The notes under the pieces: generated by a model | Told to the model about the DNA's origin: nothing | The model's input: the letters and a program-made list of their open reading frames with translations, nothing else | Database searches by the model: none | In this document: in pieces, positions 9,671-21,176 of the stretch | Layout: each line of letters begins with the position of its first letter | How positions within the stretch are numbered: position 1 is the stretch's first letter | Program-made: the position numbers and the translations under genes | From: Takakia lepidozioides | Taxonomy: Eukaryota; Plantae; Bryophyta | Length of the DNA: 64,000 nt | Direction: 5' to 3' | Assembly: GCA_030704615.1 (NCBI GenBank) | Contig: CM060733.1 | Coordinates: 32,674,001 to 32,738,000 of the forward strand

Positions 9671-12600
9671 ATGGCGTTTGCTTCCGGATCGAAAGCTTCG
9701 TCGAGGCTGAAGCCTGTGCTCACACTACAAACATCTTGGGCACGATGTGTCTCTTCATCTCCCTCACAAAAGTATTGTAGCGGCTTTGCAGAAGTCGGGT
9801 TGTTGCCTTGTGGAATGGCCACAGGCAGCTCCCACTCAGCCACTGCGGAGAAGCGGCAAGTTCGTGAGGATCCGCACCGAAGTCCCCTTATCAGCAACAA
9901 GCAACTGGTCGGTATCTAGCAGCAATCTGGAGACTCTAAATTTTGGCTACTCACTTAAAGAAAAGTTTTCTTTCCTTCGTTGATTGTGATCTGATGCTGA
10001 TCTGATGATGGGTTCTCATTATTTGCTTCCCATTCAGCTGTACTCGATGTGATCAATCCTCATAATAAGACTTAGACTGGAAACGTCGTGCGCCTAAAGG
10101 GACTTGGCAATTGCCATACCGCAGCACTGTCAATCCACACGTATAGTATCTGTTGTTTTGGCAAGAAAATGGTTATTTCTACTTTCTTTTATTTCATGTG
10201 GCTGCTTCTCCCCATGGTGACAGGGGTTTCATCTGTTGTACGGTAATGATGGTCGAAAGTTCACGAGATTGCAATCAACTCAGTCCAAGGCGGTGCCCAG
10301 GGAGAGAGTGGAGTGTGTGGTTATAGGGGCGGGAGTAGTGGGGCTTGCAATTGCTAGAGAGCTGGCTGTGGCGGGCAGAGAGGTGTGGGTGATAGAGGGA
10401 GATTCAGACATTGGGACTGGCACGAGCTCTCGCAACAGTGAGGTCGTCCATGCGGGCATCTACTACCCTCAGGGTTCTCTCAAGGTCCGGATGGTGCCAT
10501 GTAGGTGTTTTTTTCCTCTGTTCTGCATCCTCTCGCTTGAAATTACGTTGGGATGTCATTTGATCTGTGACCAGCGGTGCCAGTCACAAGGCTTTATTGT
10601 GAATGACTTATAAGCTACAGCGATGGGTCTTTATTCTGGATGCAGCGTCCCTAGTGTTGATCATACGAAAGCAACTCAGCTTAATGGATTGGCCACAAAC
10701 ATTGGTTCTATTGCAGCTTTGCTTGTTCTGTGAGTGACCTCCAGTGACGCCCAAGCTTTTCGTCTCCATCACCTACAAAATTTCTGAACAGATTTCATGT
10801 TTCTGTTCCACTTTGCACAAGACCAGTTTGTTGAGTTGCAAGTGATCATCATCCGTTATAAATTCCACTGCAGGCAAAGCTATGTGTGGAAGGGCGGAAA
10901 GCTCTATACACTTTCTGTGAAGAACATGGGGTTCCCTATAAGAAGGTAGGGAAACTAATTGTGGCAACCCAGACCCACCAAGTTCCGGTCCTGGAAAATT
11001 TGGCTTTGGTGGGGAAAGGCAATGGTGTGCCGGATCTACTCCTAATGGAAGGGTCCAAGGTTCAAGAAATGGAGCCTCAATTGCAGTGTGTGAAAGCGTT
11101 GAGGTCTCCTTCAACTGGAATTCTGGACAGTCACTCTTTCATGCTTGCTTTACAGGTGTACTTTTAAGTTCCGAAGGTCCCTATTTCACTTGATGTTGAT
11201 CATTGAATTTATTTTAGCTCCTATATTCGGGACCGATATGATTAATGCAGTATGGGAACCTGGCAGGTGAATGACTGTTACTGTGCTTGGGTATGATCTG
11301 TGTCCTTTCTCGAGATGAAGGAAAGGATAGCAGGTGTACAATGTGTCTTGCACTAACCATTACTTCTGACGTTTGCTGGGCTCCCAGGCAGATGCAGAAG
11401 AGCATGGGGCCTCCTTTGCATTCAACACCTCATACTTCCGAGGTGAGATTACAAAAAGGAATATTGAGATACATGTCGGTAATACAGAGGGCCTTACAGC
11501 TTCAAGCCTTTCATCTGGTTCGGGTTCCTTCCACCCTTTTCTTCTGTTTTTAAATACAGCAGATGCAAATACATTTTGAATGGATACATGCATATATTCT
11601 TGTAGAGTGGCATCTAAGAAATAGAATTCCATACAATGTTTTTTGACCATCATTCTTCACACCCGTAAGGAACCATATGTTTTCCAGCCTGTATGTGCGA
11701 AGTTTTGTGGCTATCAAACTTGATTGAACTGCTCCTTTGCTTGTGATTTTAATCATTGACTGGCTGTGACCATTGTACAGGGGAAGGCATTGAAGTGATT
11801 TTGTGTGCCAATTACGTGGTAAATGCTGCGGGTCTCTGTGCCCAATCAGTTGCAAGAAGATTTAAGGGCTTTCCGGAAAATATGATTCCTGAGACCCATT
11901 TGGCACGTGGGTGCTATTTTACCTTGTCAGGGGTGAGGTCACCCTTTTCGCATTTGATTTATCCAGTGCCGGAAGAGGGAGGGTTAGGGGTGCATCTGAC
12001 GATGGATCTCGGGGGTCAAGTCAAGTTTGGTCCTGATGTTGAGTGGCTGCCAAATGTCAGGGAGAACAGTACCTTCATGAGCCAGTAGGTTGATCTCCTC
12101 TGTCACTCATCTTTTTTCTTGCTTGTTTCAGTTCCCTTGTCATCCAAGGCTTGTTTTAGGTGTCAAAGTCCGTGTCTAGGGTGTACTAAGTTTCATGTCT
12201 AGTCATGGACTACTTGTGCAGGTTTGACTATACAGTAGACCCTAAGAGGGCTGACAAGTTCTATCCAGAAATACGCAAGTATTATCCATCGTTGCCTGAC
12301 GGAGCATTGCAACCGGACTACTCTGGCATTCGGCCAAAAATCTCTGGTCCTGGCCAACCATCATCTGACTTTGTAATACAGGTCCCCTCTCTTCTCTCAC
12401 ACCTTTCTGTGCATTTTTCCTGATGGGCTGAAACCCAGGAACTAATACACGCCCTTGGCACCCCACATTCCCAGGGAGGGTGATGAAGTGCATAATCTGT
12501 GCATTTGGAGTGACGCCTTGCATGGATGCATTTTTATAATTGTCACGAGCATTGTGTGACATGATCCATTTCTTGCTTGGATCGGGGTTTTGTACATTCC

Positions 12601-12810
12601 TCACTCAAAAATTACGTCCAAAATGTAATGTCCACTCCAGTTTGGTCATGCTGAGGAGTGGTGTTCTTGGGGTTGTTGGATGTCAAGGGTGAAAAGAGCC
12701 ATGGAGTTGCAGGCCTGGTGCAGATGTATGGGATTGAGTCGCCTGGTCTCACTGCTTCCTTGGCAATTGCAAAGTTGGTCCATGACATGTTATGTGCTCA
12801 AGCTTCTTGA
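9671..12810 (+). CDS. L2HGDH: L-2-hydroxyglutarate dehydrogenase, mitochondrial (FAD-dependent), ~7 exons
   Basis: Exons ~9671-9793 (transit-peptide-like; donor uncertain), 10224-10484 ([32 protein letters not shown]), 10874-11155, 11388-11517, 11781-12084, 12222-12381 (YSGIRPK), 12688-12810 ([17 protein letters not shown]). Confidence 0.93.
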
Positions 12811-13556
12811 CAAAAAGACAGGCTTGGTAGAACCAATCAATGTCCCTTTCTAGGGCTCACTGCCAGAGAAAAGCAGGCCTCAAAAATGTAACTGTTACAA
12901 ATAATTTCTTGAGTGCTGTTGGTAGGGTAAAGAGGATAGCAGAAGGCTATACTCAGCACATCCAACAGGCACGTTCCTGGGCGCCACTATAGGGTCTCTA
13001 ATCGTTCTTATGTCTGTGTGCCATACTCTCCATATTTTTGTTTGCTTTCAAGTATATCCTCTACCTTATAGCAAGGGTCATGTGTCAAATCCTGTGCTTC
13101 TTTGTGTCATCCGCCTTAACATGTGCCTTTTGTTGCCAGGAGTGTCAGCATGTCATTTAACTTAAGTTGTTGGATTGTTGCAAGTACCACTAAAATGGAC
13201 ATGGCTGTGGGGTGTGCCAGTCCCTAAGTTTTAAGTCATGTCATGTCCTTTCCGAGCTCTTCTTACCTGAGAGACCTGGGCAATCAGCTTCTTGTATCGG
13301 CCCTGGAGTTCGATTCTCTGCATGCAACTTCACGTTCTGGTAGGTAAGGTATGATATTACTCCGATCATCCCCAGCTCAAACTCAGATCCTGCCACACAA
13401 CGAAGCCGTGGAAGCTAAATCCACACCTTTCTCCATGAGGAAAAGAGGGGTATGGATACAAGGGGAGAGAGGTTGACCTTCGGTTAGCGCTGTAGAGACC
13501 TTAAAGAAATACTAGAGGTGTTGAAGTAGTGTGAGGTGCCATGGGGACAACGAGAA

Positions 13557-14841
13557 TCAATATATGAAGCGAGACGTTTGTTTGTTTGTTTGTGTGTTTT
13601 GTTTTGTTTTGTAGCGTCGTTGAGATCTCCCAAACTGCGGGGCCCCAGCCGTGGTGCTTGGTGCCGTTGGAAAGCCCTCGATGAGGAGGGGTGCACCGGC
13701 TTGGTCTCATGATTTTTGGACCTGCGATGTGGGAGATATGGAATTTCAAGTACTTTTGGTCTCTAGAAATTCGGGAAAAATAGCAAAGTGGGCTTTTTTG
13801 GAGCAATGATTGGCCCTTCAAGTGGGAGATTTGGAATTTCAAGTACTTTGGGTCGTTGGAAATTCGCGAAAAATAGCAAAGTGGATATATCAATATATGA
13901 AGCCACTTTGCAAAAATAGCAAAGTGGGCTTTGGGATTGCACCTGGACTTAGGCGACATTGGACACTGGAGGTCGCACTTGGGCCTCTACATGGGAAACT
14001 CACATGGATACATATATGGAGATTGCACTCAAGCTTAGATTCCATTCTTCACACATGGGCCAATGGCACAAGCTACCCTTATATCTCCCAAGCAATGGGG
14101 TCTCTGGATAAATAGGGGATTGCACTTGGTCTTATTGTGTATCAAATTTCAATTTTTCACACATTGGCCGACGGCATAGGCTACACTAGAAGTTGCATTT
14201 GGGTCTCGACATAGGAGGCGCACTAGAGTAGAGGTCGCATTTGGGCCTTGAATAGGAGACGCACTGGGTTTTAGATTTCAATTCTTCACACGTGGGCCAA
14301 CGGCACATGCATGTGCCACCCCAGAGGTCACATGTGGGCCTCGACATAGGAGATGCAGTGGGATACATAGATAGTGGGATACATAGATACGTAGAAGATC
14401 TTGCACTTGGGCTTAGATGACACTGGACACTTGGGCCAATGACATATGTGTAGGGGAAGGCCCTTGGCCGAGGGCATTCCACGATTTAAGGGTTGCCTGC
14501 CGAGGGGCATGTTTGGGAGTTTTTGTCCAATTTGGAGAATGTTCTTCCAATTTGAGAGTGAGTATTTCGAGGCATATGTCCGTCAAGGAGGGACCTTGAA
14601 TCATATAGGAAATTTTTTGGCAGTTCTTTACGCTACCCTAGAGGTCGCACTTGGGCCTTGACATAGAGACACACTTGGATACATAGGAGATTGCACTTGG
14701 ACATAGATGACATTGGACAGTTGGGCCAACGGCACAGACTACCGTAGATTTCCTAAAGAGGGGGCTCTTTGGATACATAAGGGATTGCGCTGGGACATAG
14801 ATGACACTGGACACTTGGGCCAATGACACATGCTACCCTAG
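13557..14841 (+). mobile_element. Non-autonomous Helitron
   Basis: A|TC start at 13557 (TCAATATATGAAGCGAGACG, then a GTTT microsatellite) and CTAG|T end at 14838-14841, i.e. an A-T insertion site with no TSD. Interior is built from repeated GAGGTCGCACTTGGGCC / GGCCAAYGGCACA..CTAC motifs. Confidence 0.65.
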
Positions 14842-15094
14842 TATTGATACGAACTTCCACCCCATTCAATACACAATGAAAGTAAATGATCATTCTTTAT
14901 GGCCCATGTGGAAAATAGGGACAAAAGCTTGCATAAGTCATTGTGCCATTAACTTGGAGACTGGTTGAGGTATTTCTAGGTAGAACTCAAAATAATGTCC
15001 TAGTAATATTTGCACACAGACAATAGGAATAATCTAAGAACTTAATGGACGTTTGTGATCTGACGGTACTTTCGTCGGATTTGCAACGTGGGCT

Positions 15095-16386
15095 TAGCGT
15101 TTCTTTTATATTTACATTGTAGCACAAGTGACATCCATGAGAACCTTAGAGGAGCACATATGGCGCTTGTACAAAATACATAGTCGAAATGGATGGCGAT
15201 AATATGATATTTTGAATGGGTGTTGGGCGAATGAACCTAAAACCTAGTAGACTTGCTGAGGCGAAAAACCCAGAATTGACATAGTAAATTGGAGGCTCTC
15301 AACATGGAGACTAGGCAGAAATTATGGCAAACACCACAAAAAAAATAAAAATTTAAACCACCATTCATAAGTACAAAACCTTAGCATTTCAGTCAATCTA
15401 CAATATAAGTGACCCTGGCCCAAAAAGACCCTGCCTAATGCTACATGGCACATAGAGAAGAAGTATCAATGTTTGCAAAGCTCTTGGGAATACAAATAAA
15501 ATTACCAAGTAACTTGGATCACAAAGATTGTAAATAGTCATGAAGATTATATGTCACGACACATTACAGATGTTTACAGACGTTGTAGGGTTCTTTTTTC
15601 TAAACTTGCTGACATGTGTCCTTTCATCCCAAAAAAAATGAATAAGTGACATTCTCATTCTGTTTTGTAAACCTCTGCCCCCGTTTGATTATCATCCTCC
15701 TCTACAGTCACCCTTTTGCCCTCCTCCGCAGCCACCTTTTTCATATTTAGGAACTTTATCATCCAAACCAGGTTTCTATTGAAAAAATGTGGAATTGAAA
15801 ACACCAGGTCGAAAAAAAATATATAGACGCCTCCCAAAGGTAGCGTAAATTATGGTGTTTCTTCACCACAAGGGCTACTGCCTTCCAGCTGAAAAGTGGA
15901 CACCTTCACGACACACCAAATTGTGGTTTGAACCCACAACCACATCCAATGTGATATGTGCCCATTACCACTCGGCTACATGCTGGTTGTCCACCAGGTC
16001 AAATGGCTACCAAGGGAGTTCTCTACCGCTAAGCTACCCATACACATGTTGCAAATCCATCACTACAAAGTCTATCTATACAAACTAAACTTACCTATAT
16101 ATATATATATGTAGAAAAATGGGCAGCATAGCTGGCTCCACGTCCTCCTGCCCATTTGGAACGGGGCGATGTCCTGTAGGTGGTCGGTGGGATCGGCTCC
16201 TCTGGTGTAAATTGCCTTCATTCAAAATGGCGCCATGTGCCTCCTTCTTGCTGCCCCTATGGCGAATGGTGGGCCCACCAGATCAGCTTTTTGCGCGCAT
16301 TTTTCAGCCTCATTTCCCTTTGCCCTGTAGCCAAGACCTACTCGAGGTCGAAATCTGGCGATTATTCGCCACTAAAAGAATGACTG
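15095..16386. mobile_element. Non-autonomous hAT-like element nested in MITE copy 1
   Basis: Ends TAGCGTTTCTTTT...AAAAGAATGACTG resemble the hAT MITEs at 45871 and 61755. Degenerate 8-bp TSD CGTGGGCT/CCTCGGCT (6/8). Removing it restores the MITE sequence. Confidence 0.6.
15843..15992 (-). mobile_element. tRNA-derived SINE, family copy 1
   Basis: Minus-strand A box TAGCCGAGTGG and B box GGTTCAAACC. Homologous over ~150 bp to 48940-49083, both ending CACCATAATTTAC. Confidence 0.6.
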
Positions 16387-18284
16387 CCTCGGCTCCTCCA
16401 GCCGGGCCCCCTGTCAAATCCTCCCCACCCCTTCTTTCCTCGGTTTCACTATTAAATACTTAGGAAACCAAGTGGGTTGCAAGCTGTGGTGGGTAGTGTG
16501 ATGGTAAGGTGATAGCATTGCAGGTGGGGAGATTCAGGGCTTGATTCTTGATGGGAGGGGCTTGTAGTGGGACCCCGGTTGGTGTAACCCTCTGTAACCC
16601 CGGTTAGTCCATTTTATACTTAACCAAATTTGGACTTGGTCAATTTTCGAGACCAAGTGTGAGTTACCCAGAGTGGAGTTACACTACACTCCATTCTGTG
16701 TCATCCCGAGTGGAGTTACACTCCATTCCGTGTAACCTCGAGTGGAGTTACACACCTCGTCGTGTAACCCCGTCTCGAGTTTACACTCTTTCAGTTCCAT
16801 GTCACTCTCAAGAGAGGGTGGGGAAGATTTGACATGCCAAAAATCGGCATACCATCCTGTCAGAGGTTGCACGTGTGCATTAAGTTCTTACTTTATTCCT
16901 ATTATCTTCCCTCATTGAGCTAACAGAGCAAATTCCTGAAGTACCTTTTAAAGGAATATTTAGACAGGAGAGAGATGAAGTGATTTCAGCAAGACAGGAA
17001 AGAAACTTTAGCATCCAGCATTTCTACTGAACAGACCGCGAGGAAAAGAGAGATTGGCAAGTTCTGCAATGTCGGACTTGTAATGTCATGAGGATGTTAG
17101 ATGCCTTGCACAGAGTAGAGGCAGTTTGGATTACAGGGACCCAAACTGTGTCCAACCCCATTAACACAAATAACCTGTGGAACACTTTGTGCCTTGTAAT
17201 TTTGAAGACTTCAGAGCAACAATTTATCTGGGGAAAAGCCGCTCGGGAAGCAGAGACTCCTCACAGAGCCTAACACTGATCAGCACCAAGACTCATGATT
17301 ATGCGACTTGATTTGAAATCCTTGAGAGAGAGTGAGAGATTACCAGTGTACTAACACATCAAACACCGCAAGTTAAGAATTCTGCTAAAAAGAAACAGAC
17401 CGAGTTTCTAACAGTCACACATTGACCTTGAAATCTAACCTCTAGAAAAAGATCCGAGTCCCTCATGTCACAACCGAGCCATTCAGCCGCGCAGCTGTTC
17501 TTGCATGGGGCATCCCTACTCTTGACTGTCTGGTTTGCTCCACCCGAGAAACCTCTCAAGGGCGAGTCAATTTGGCCTACTTCTCAATTCTTGCGTATCG
17601 ACGTCTTCCTTCCACTCCCTATTTGGTGTGCTTTTCTGCGGTTGAGACTGATTCCTCTCGAGACCCCCTCTTGCCACCATCCGGCTAGTTGCATAACCCA
17701 TCCTCTTACAACCATGGGGAAGGAAGACATCGAATCTATGTATAAGTTCTTGTGCCCCCTGAGAAGCTCCAGCACCCTCGCCATCACCTCTTGAAAAGTT
17801 CCATTTCTATGCTCTGTATTCCCCCAGTAGCTGCACAAACTCGTTCTTCTCCGAGTCATCGAATTGCATCCTGACCGCGTTGAGATAAAGCATGCAACGC
17901 CGACTGTGGGCATATATAAGTGTGCATCATGCGCAGGAAGATCAGCAGAGACAGCACTAGCTCCTGCCATGCTCCCCTCCATCGTCTCTCCCCAAGACAC
18001 CTTGAACTTTCTCCCACCTTATATATAGCTCTATGTAGCTCTTCTGAACGATAGGCTTTAATTTTAATCCAAAAAAACCCGCTTCGAGATTCATGTACTA
18101 CAGCTGCAATTTCACTCTTCTCTCTTTGCTCACATTTCTGGGGATTTCTGGTACAGATATCTTCAAGGAGAAGTTTGTGAACTGCCCCCAACTCCAATAG
18201 CTACTTACTGAAAGTGTAAATTTTGCTGAACATGGCTCGGAGCATTTGTCACATACCCCGTACTTCTGGACACATTGTTCTCTT

Positions 18285-19270
18285 TCCGTAGCAGTCGAGA
18301 GCAGCTTGCTCGCCGCATAGCCGCCTCCTGATTAGCCCTGAGGAGGCTGGCTATGACGCGATAGCGTAGCTCCACATACGGAGCCCTACTACAGGCCACC
18401 AGCGCCCCGACCACCGCCCGTAGACCCCATCTGCTTAAGCATCCTGCGCGATGTAGACTACGGGCAATCGATATTGGACAATGCAGGACCAATGCGATTA
18501 TGATTTACGACCTACCATACGTACACAGCCACAAATAGACAAGCGGGGAATAAGCCGAGCGAAACACAAAACTAGTGCAAAGAAACCATAAAAGTTTATT
18601 AGGTAGGTTAAAAGTGGGCAGGTCGGTAGCGTCTTGCAAGCTGCCCTCTACTGCTACGTCAGATAGTGCCTGCGTGTCGCCCTGCTACCCTTAATGCCGC
18701 GGCTCGGTATATACGGAGCTCTTACTATTAACAGTAGCAAGGCTCTTCGCAGCCACTATCTAGTCCATAACCGGTTTTGGGATGAGTTTCGCCGACGTGT
18801 CATGTGATTATTGGCTCTGAGGACGCTGAATATAACCCATATTCTTTGCCCTTCACGTTTAATCGGTTCTAGATGATTTTCGCCGATGTGTCAAGTTGTT
18901 ATTGGCTTTGAGGACGCTGGAATATAACCCATATTCTTCGCCTTCAAATTTGACCGGTTTAGCCTATCAAGGTAATCAATCAATCTTGATTGATCTGACG
19001 ATGCACGAAGGATTTTAAGAAATGGACGACACAAATGGGAACGATCTAACGGCTCAACTGATCCGAAAACTGGTTATGTCAGGTAGCCGGTGCAAGGAGC
19101 GGCTGTAATGTGGGCTCCCGCGGCTCGACTATTTAGGGCCCACATTACAGCCGGTAACCACGTTCCTCGCACCGGTTACCTAGTCCATAGCAGTTGAGAG
19201 CAGCTTGCTCGCCGCATAGCTGCCTTCTAATTGGCCCTGAGGAGGCCAGCTATGGACTAGGTAACCGGTG
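18285..19270 (+). mobile_element. Head-to-tail array of short Helitron-like units
   Basis: Units start TCCRTA (18285, 18764, 19184) and end with a hairpin directly followed by CTAG (18760-18763, 19180-19183). The first ~70 bp of units 1 and 3 are near-identical. Unit 2 contains a ~93-bp direct repeat (18769, 18862). Confidence 0.55.
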
Positions 19271-19274
19271 AGAG

Positions 19275-21176
19275 TGACAGTCATCCATGCGCAGCTCGGT
19301 TATCGATTTTTTACATCCATGTATAGCCCAGTTATCGATATTTTACATCCATGCACAGCCAGGTTATCAAATCTGGTGAGGGCCGCATGTTACCGCCTGT
19401 ATACAGCGTGTCGTGCACCTAAGCATACAACATACATTGTTGTCCACCATACATTCTAAGCACACAATCATAGAAAGCTATGCCACAATCACCCCCCTAG
19501 CTGGTGATTAGGTCCCTCTAACACCGGATAGCTAACAAGTATTCATCTCAATAAGATCATCGCTTGGTCTTCAATCGTACATGTCCCAATTTTCTAAAGT
19601 GTATGGATCAAGAGGCCGGGTGCAAAGAGAGCCCCATCGTTAGTCGCCTGCCTGCGATCCATAATCTTCAATTGAGTATCCATGGCATTAAGCTCCCACC
19701 AGCTAGACCTTGGATCACTTGTCATGCCCACCATTGTCATGCCCACTACCTATGTCCAAGGCATCATGGACACAACCATTCTTCACTAGAAACCTCCTCA
19801 AGTGGCGGTGTCAAGCATCCCATGTGCCACTCCCTTGAGCATTTGTCACACACTAGCATGGTCGCGGCACCACCAGCATGCCCATATAATATACAACGTA
19901 ATCCTGCAGGTACCATTGCAAGGTTGGGATCTATCCTCCTATCTACATGGGGAAGGTGACATGACGCACAATTGCGCACGTGGTTCTTCCATACCATGCC
20001 ATCTCAACCCTCCTGAAGGCAACACCTTCCGGACCCTTAAAATCACACGTCCTGCTGTGACATCCAAGGTTGTAAGCGCTGTCTGCTGTAGATACACATA
20101 GTCCCCAGGGTGGAAACACCGAACACCTAGCCGATATCCTCCTCCACGTATAGTGACGTACCTCAATGTGTCTCGGTGTTGGGCAATAGCAAGGTTCTCA
20201 AAAGCCATAGGCATGACTCTCTTTGAACAACTCTGCCCGGTGGGCACATGCTTGTGTCCACATATCCGGATCATCAAAGTTGAGGATTACTGCAGTCTCC
20301 CTGTGAATAGATGCAGGCAAATCTGGCTCTCGGCCAAGACAAGGAAATAAGGCGAGAACGAGGCAAGTGATGCTTGCTTGCTAAACCTGTAGCCCATGGC
20401 CAACCAAGGTAGCTGAAGGTCCTAATCTCCCAAGTGTCCCTTCTACAAGCCATACTTGCACAAGCATCATCTGACTATTTGTACAACCCTATCTGCCATG
20501 CCATTAGCCTCGGGATGATCCCGAGAAGTAGTGCGGTGATCTATCAAGGCTTGCTTACACAAAGCCTGAAATTCCCCCAAGAACTCTCTCCCCCAGTCCA
20601 TGAGTACCTCGGCTGGAGCACCAAATTGGCTATGCACTCGATCTAAGAATGCATACGCAGTCCCCTCACTTGCCTTGTTAGGCAATGCTACCAGTTCAAT
20701 CCACTTGAAGAAATGTTCCACCATCACCAGTACATACTTGTTATGACGAATCGTTAGTGACAATGGGCCTACAAAGTCAAGACTCCAATGATAGCCCAAA
20801 CCCATAATGGGTAAATGATGCAATTGTGGAGTAGGTGCATTGAAAGAAGCCCGCACTCTATCGCACACCATGCACCTTACCACTAACTGTTGCACATCCG
20901 TGTGCATGCCCCGCCACCAGTACTCTGTCCTTGCAGCAAACTATGAGTGCGCCGCACCCCAAAATGTCCGAACTCTTCATGGGCATGGCGTACCAATCAC
21001 GCTCGTTGTGTTGGATGAGGCACAATCCTTACTCTTCCATCCTCCCATACTCGGAGTAGGTGAGTCCCCCCACTGAACCTCTTGGCTCGTTGTAGGATCC
21101 AATCTCTCTCCTTAGCAGTTACGCTGGTTGCTGTTTCTCCTGTACTAAGGTAGGCCAACACTGCGGCATCTTCATG
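19275..21176 (-). mobile_element. Ty3/gypsy LTR retrotransposon remnant A (integrase with C-terminal PHD finger, PPT, partial 3' LTR)
   Basis: HHCC zinc finger (HEEFGHFG...CMVC), core WSLDFVGP..VMVEHF..W.E and HPEANGMADR, then PHD C..xG...MLVCDKCSREWHMGCLTPPLEEVSSEEWLCP. PPT at 19490-19500; LTR TG start at 19487. Confidence 0.85.

Larger units (their letters stand above)
15018..16910. mobile_element. MULE-like MITE, copy 1 (split by a nested hAT insertion)
   Basis: Left TIR AGACAATAGGAATAATCTAAGAACTTAATG at 15018. Body and right TIR (CATTAAGTTCTTACTTTATTCCTATTATCTTCC) at 16387-16910 are colinear with the copies at 44948 and 48211. Confidence 0.75.

Noticed and set aside
13270-13420. Possible SINE (B-box-like GAGTTCGATTC)
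   Set aside because: No clear A box, TSD or second copy in the window.
13484-14829. Multiple short ORFs in the repeat region
   Set aside because: They translate internal Helitron repeats and show no protein motifs.
15843-15992. tRNA genes (also 1-60, 47165-47240, 48940-49083)
   Set aside because: Only A/B boxes are recognisable; no complete cloverleaf. Treated as SINE-like relics.
17584-18197. GTFQEVMARVLELLRGHKNLYIDS resembling an RT (TFQ..M...YxDD) or NB-ARC kinase-2 motif
   Set aside because: No YxDD or LDD and no flanking motifs in the expected order. Possibly a decayed coding fragment, but it cannot be assigned by eye.
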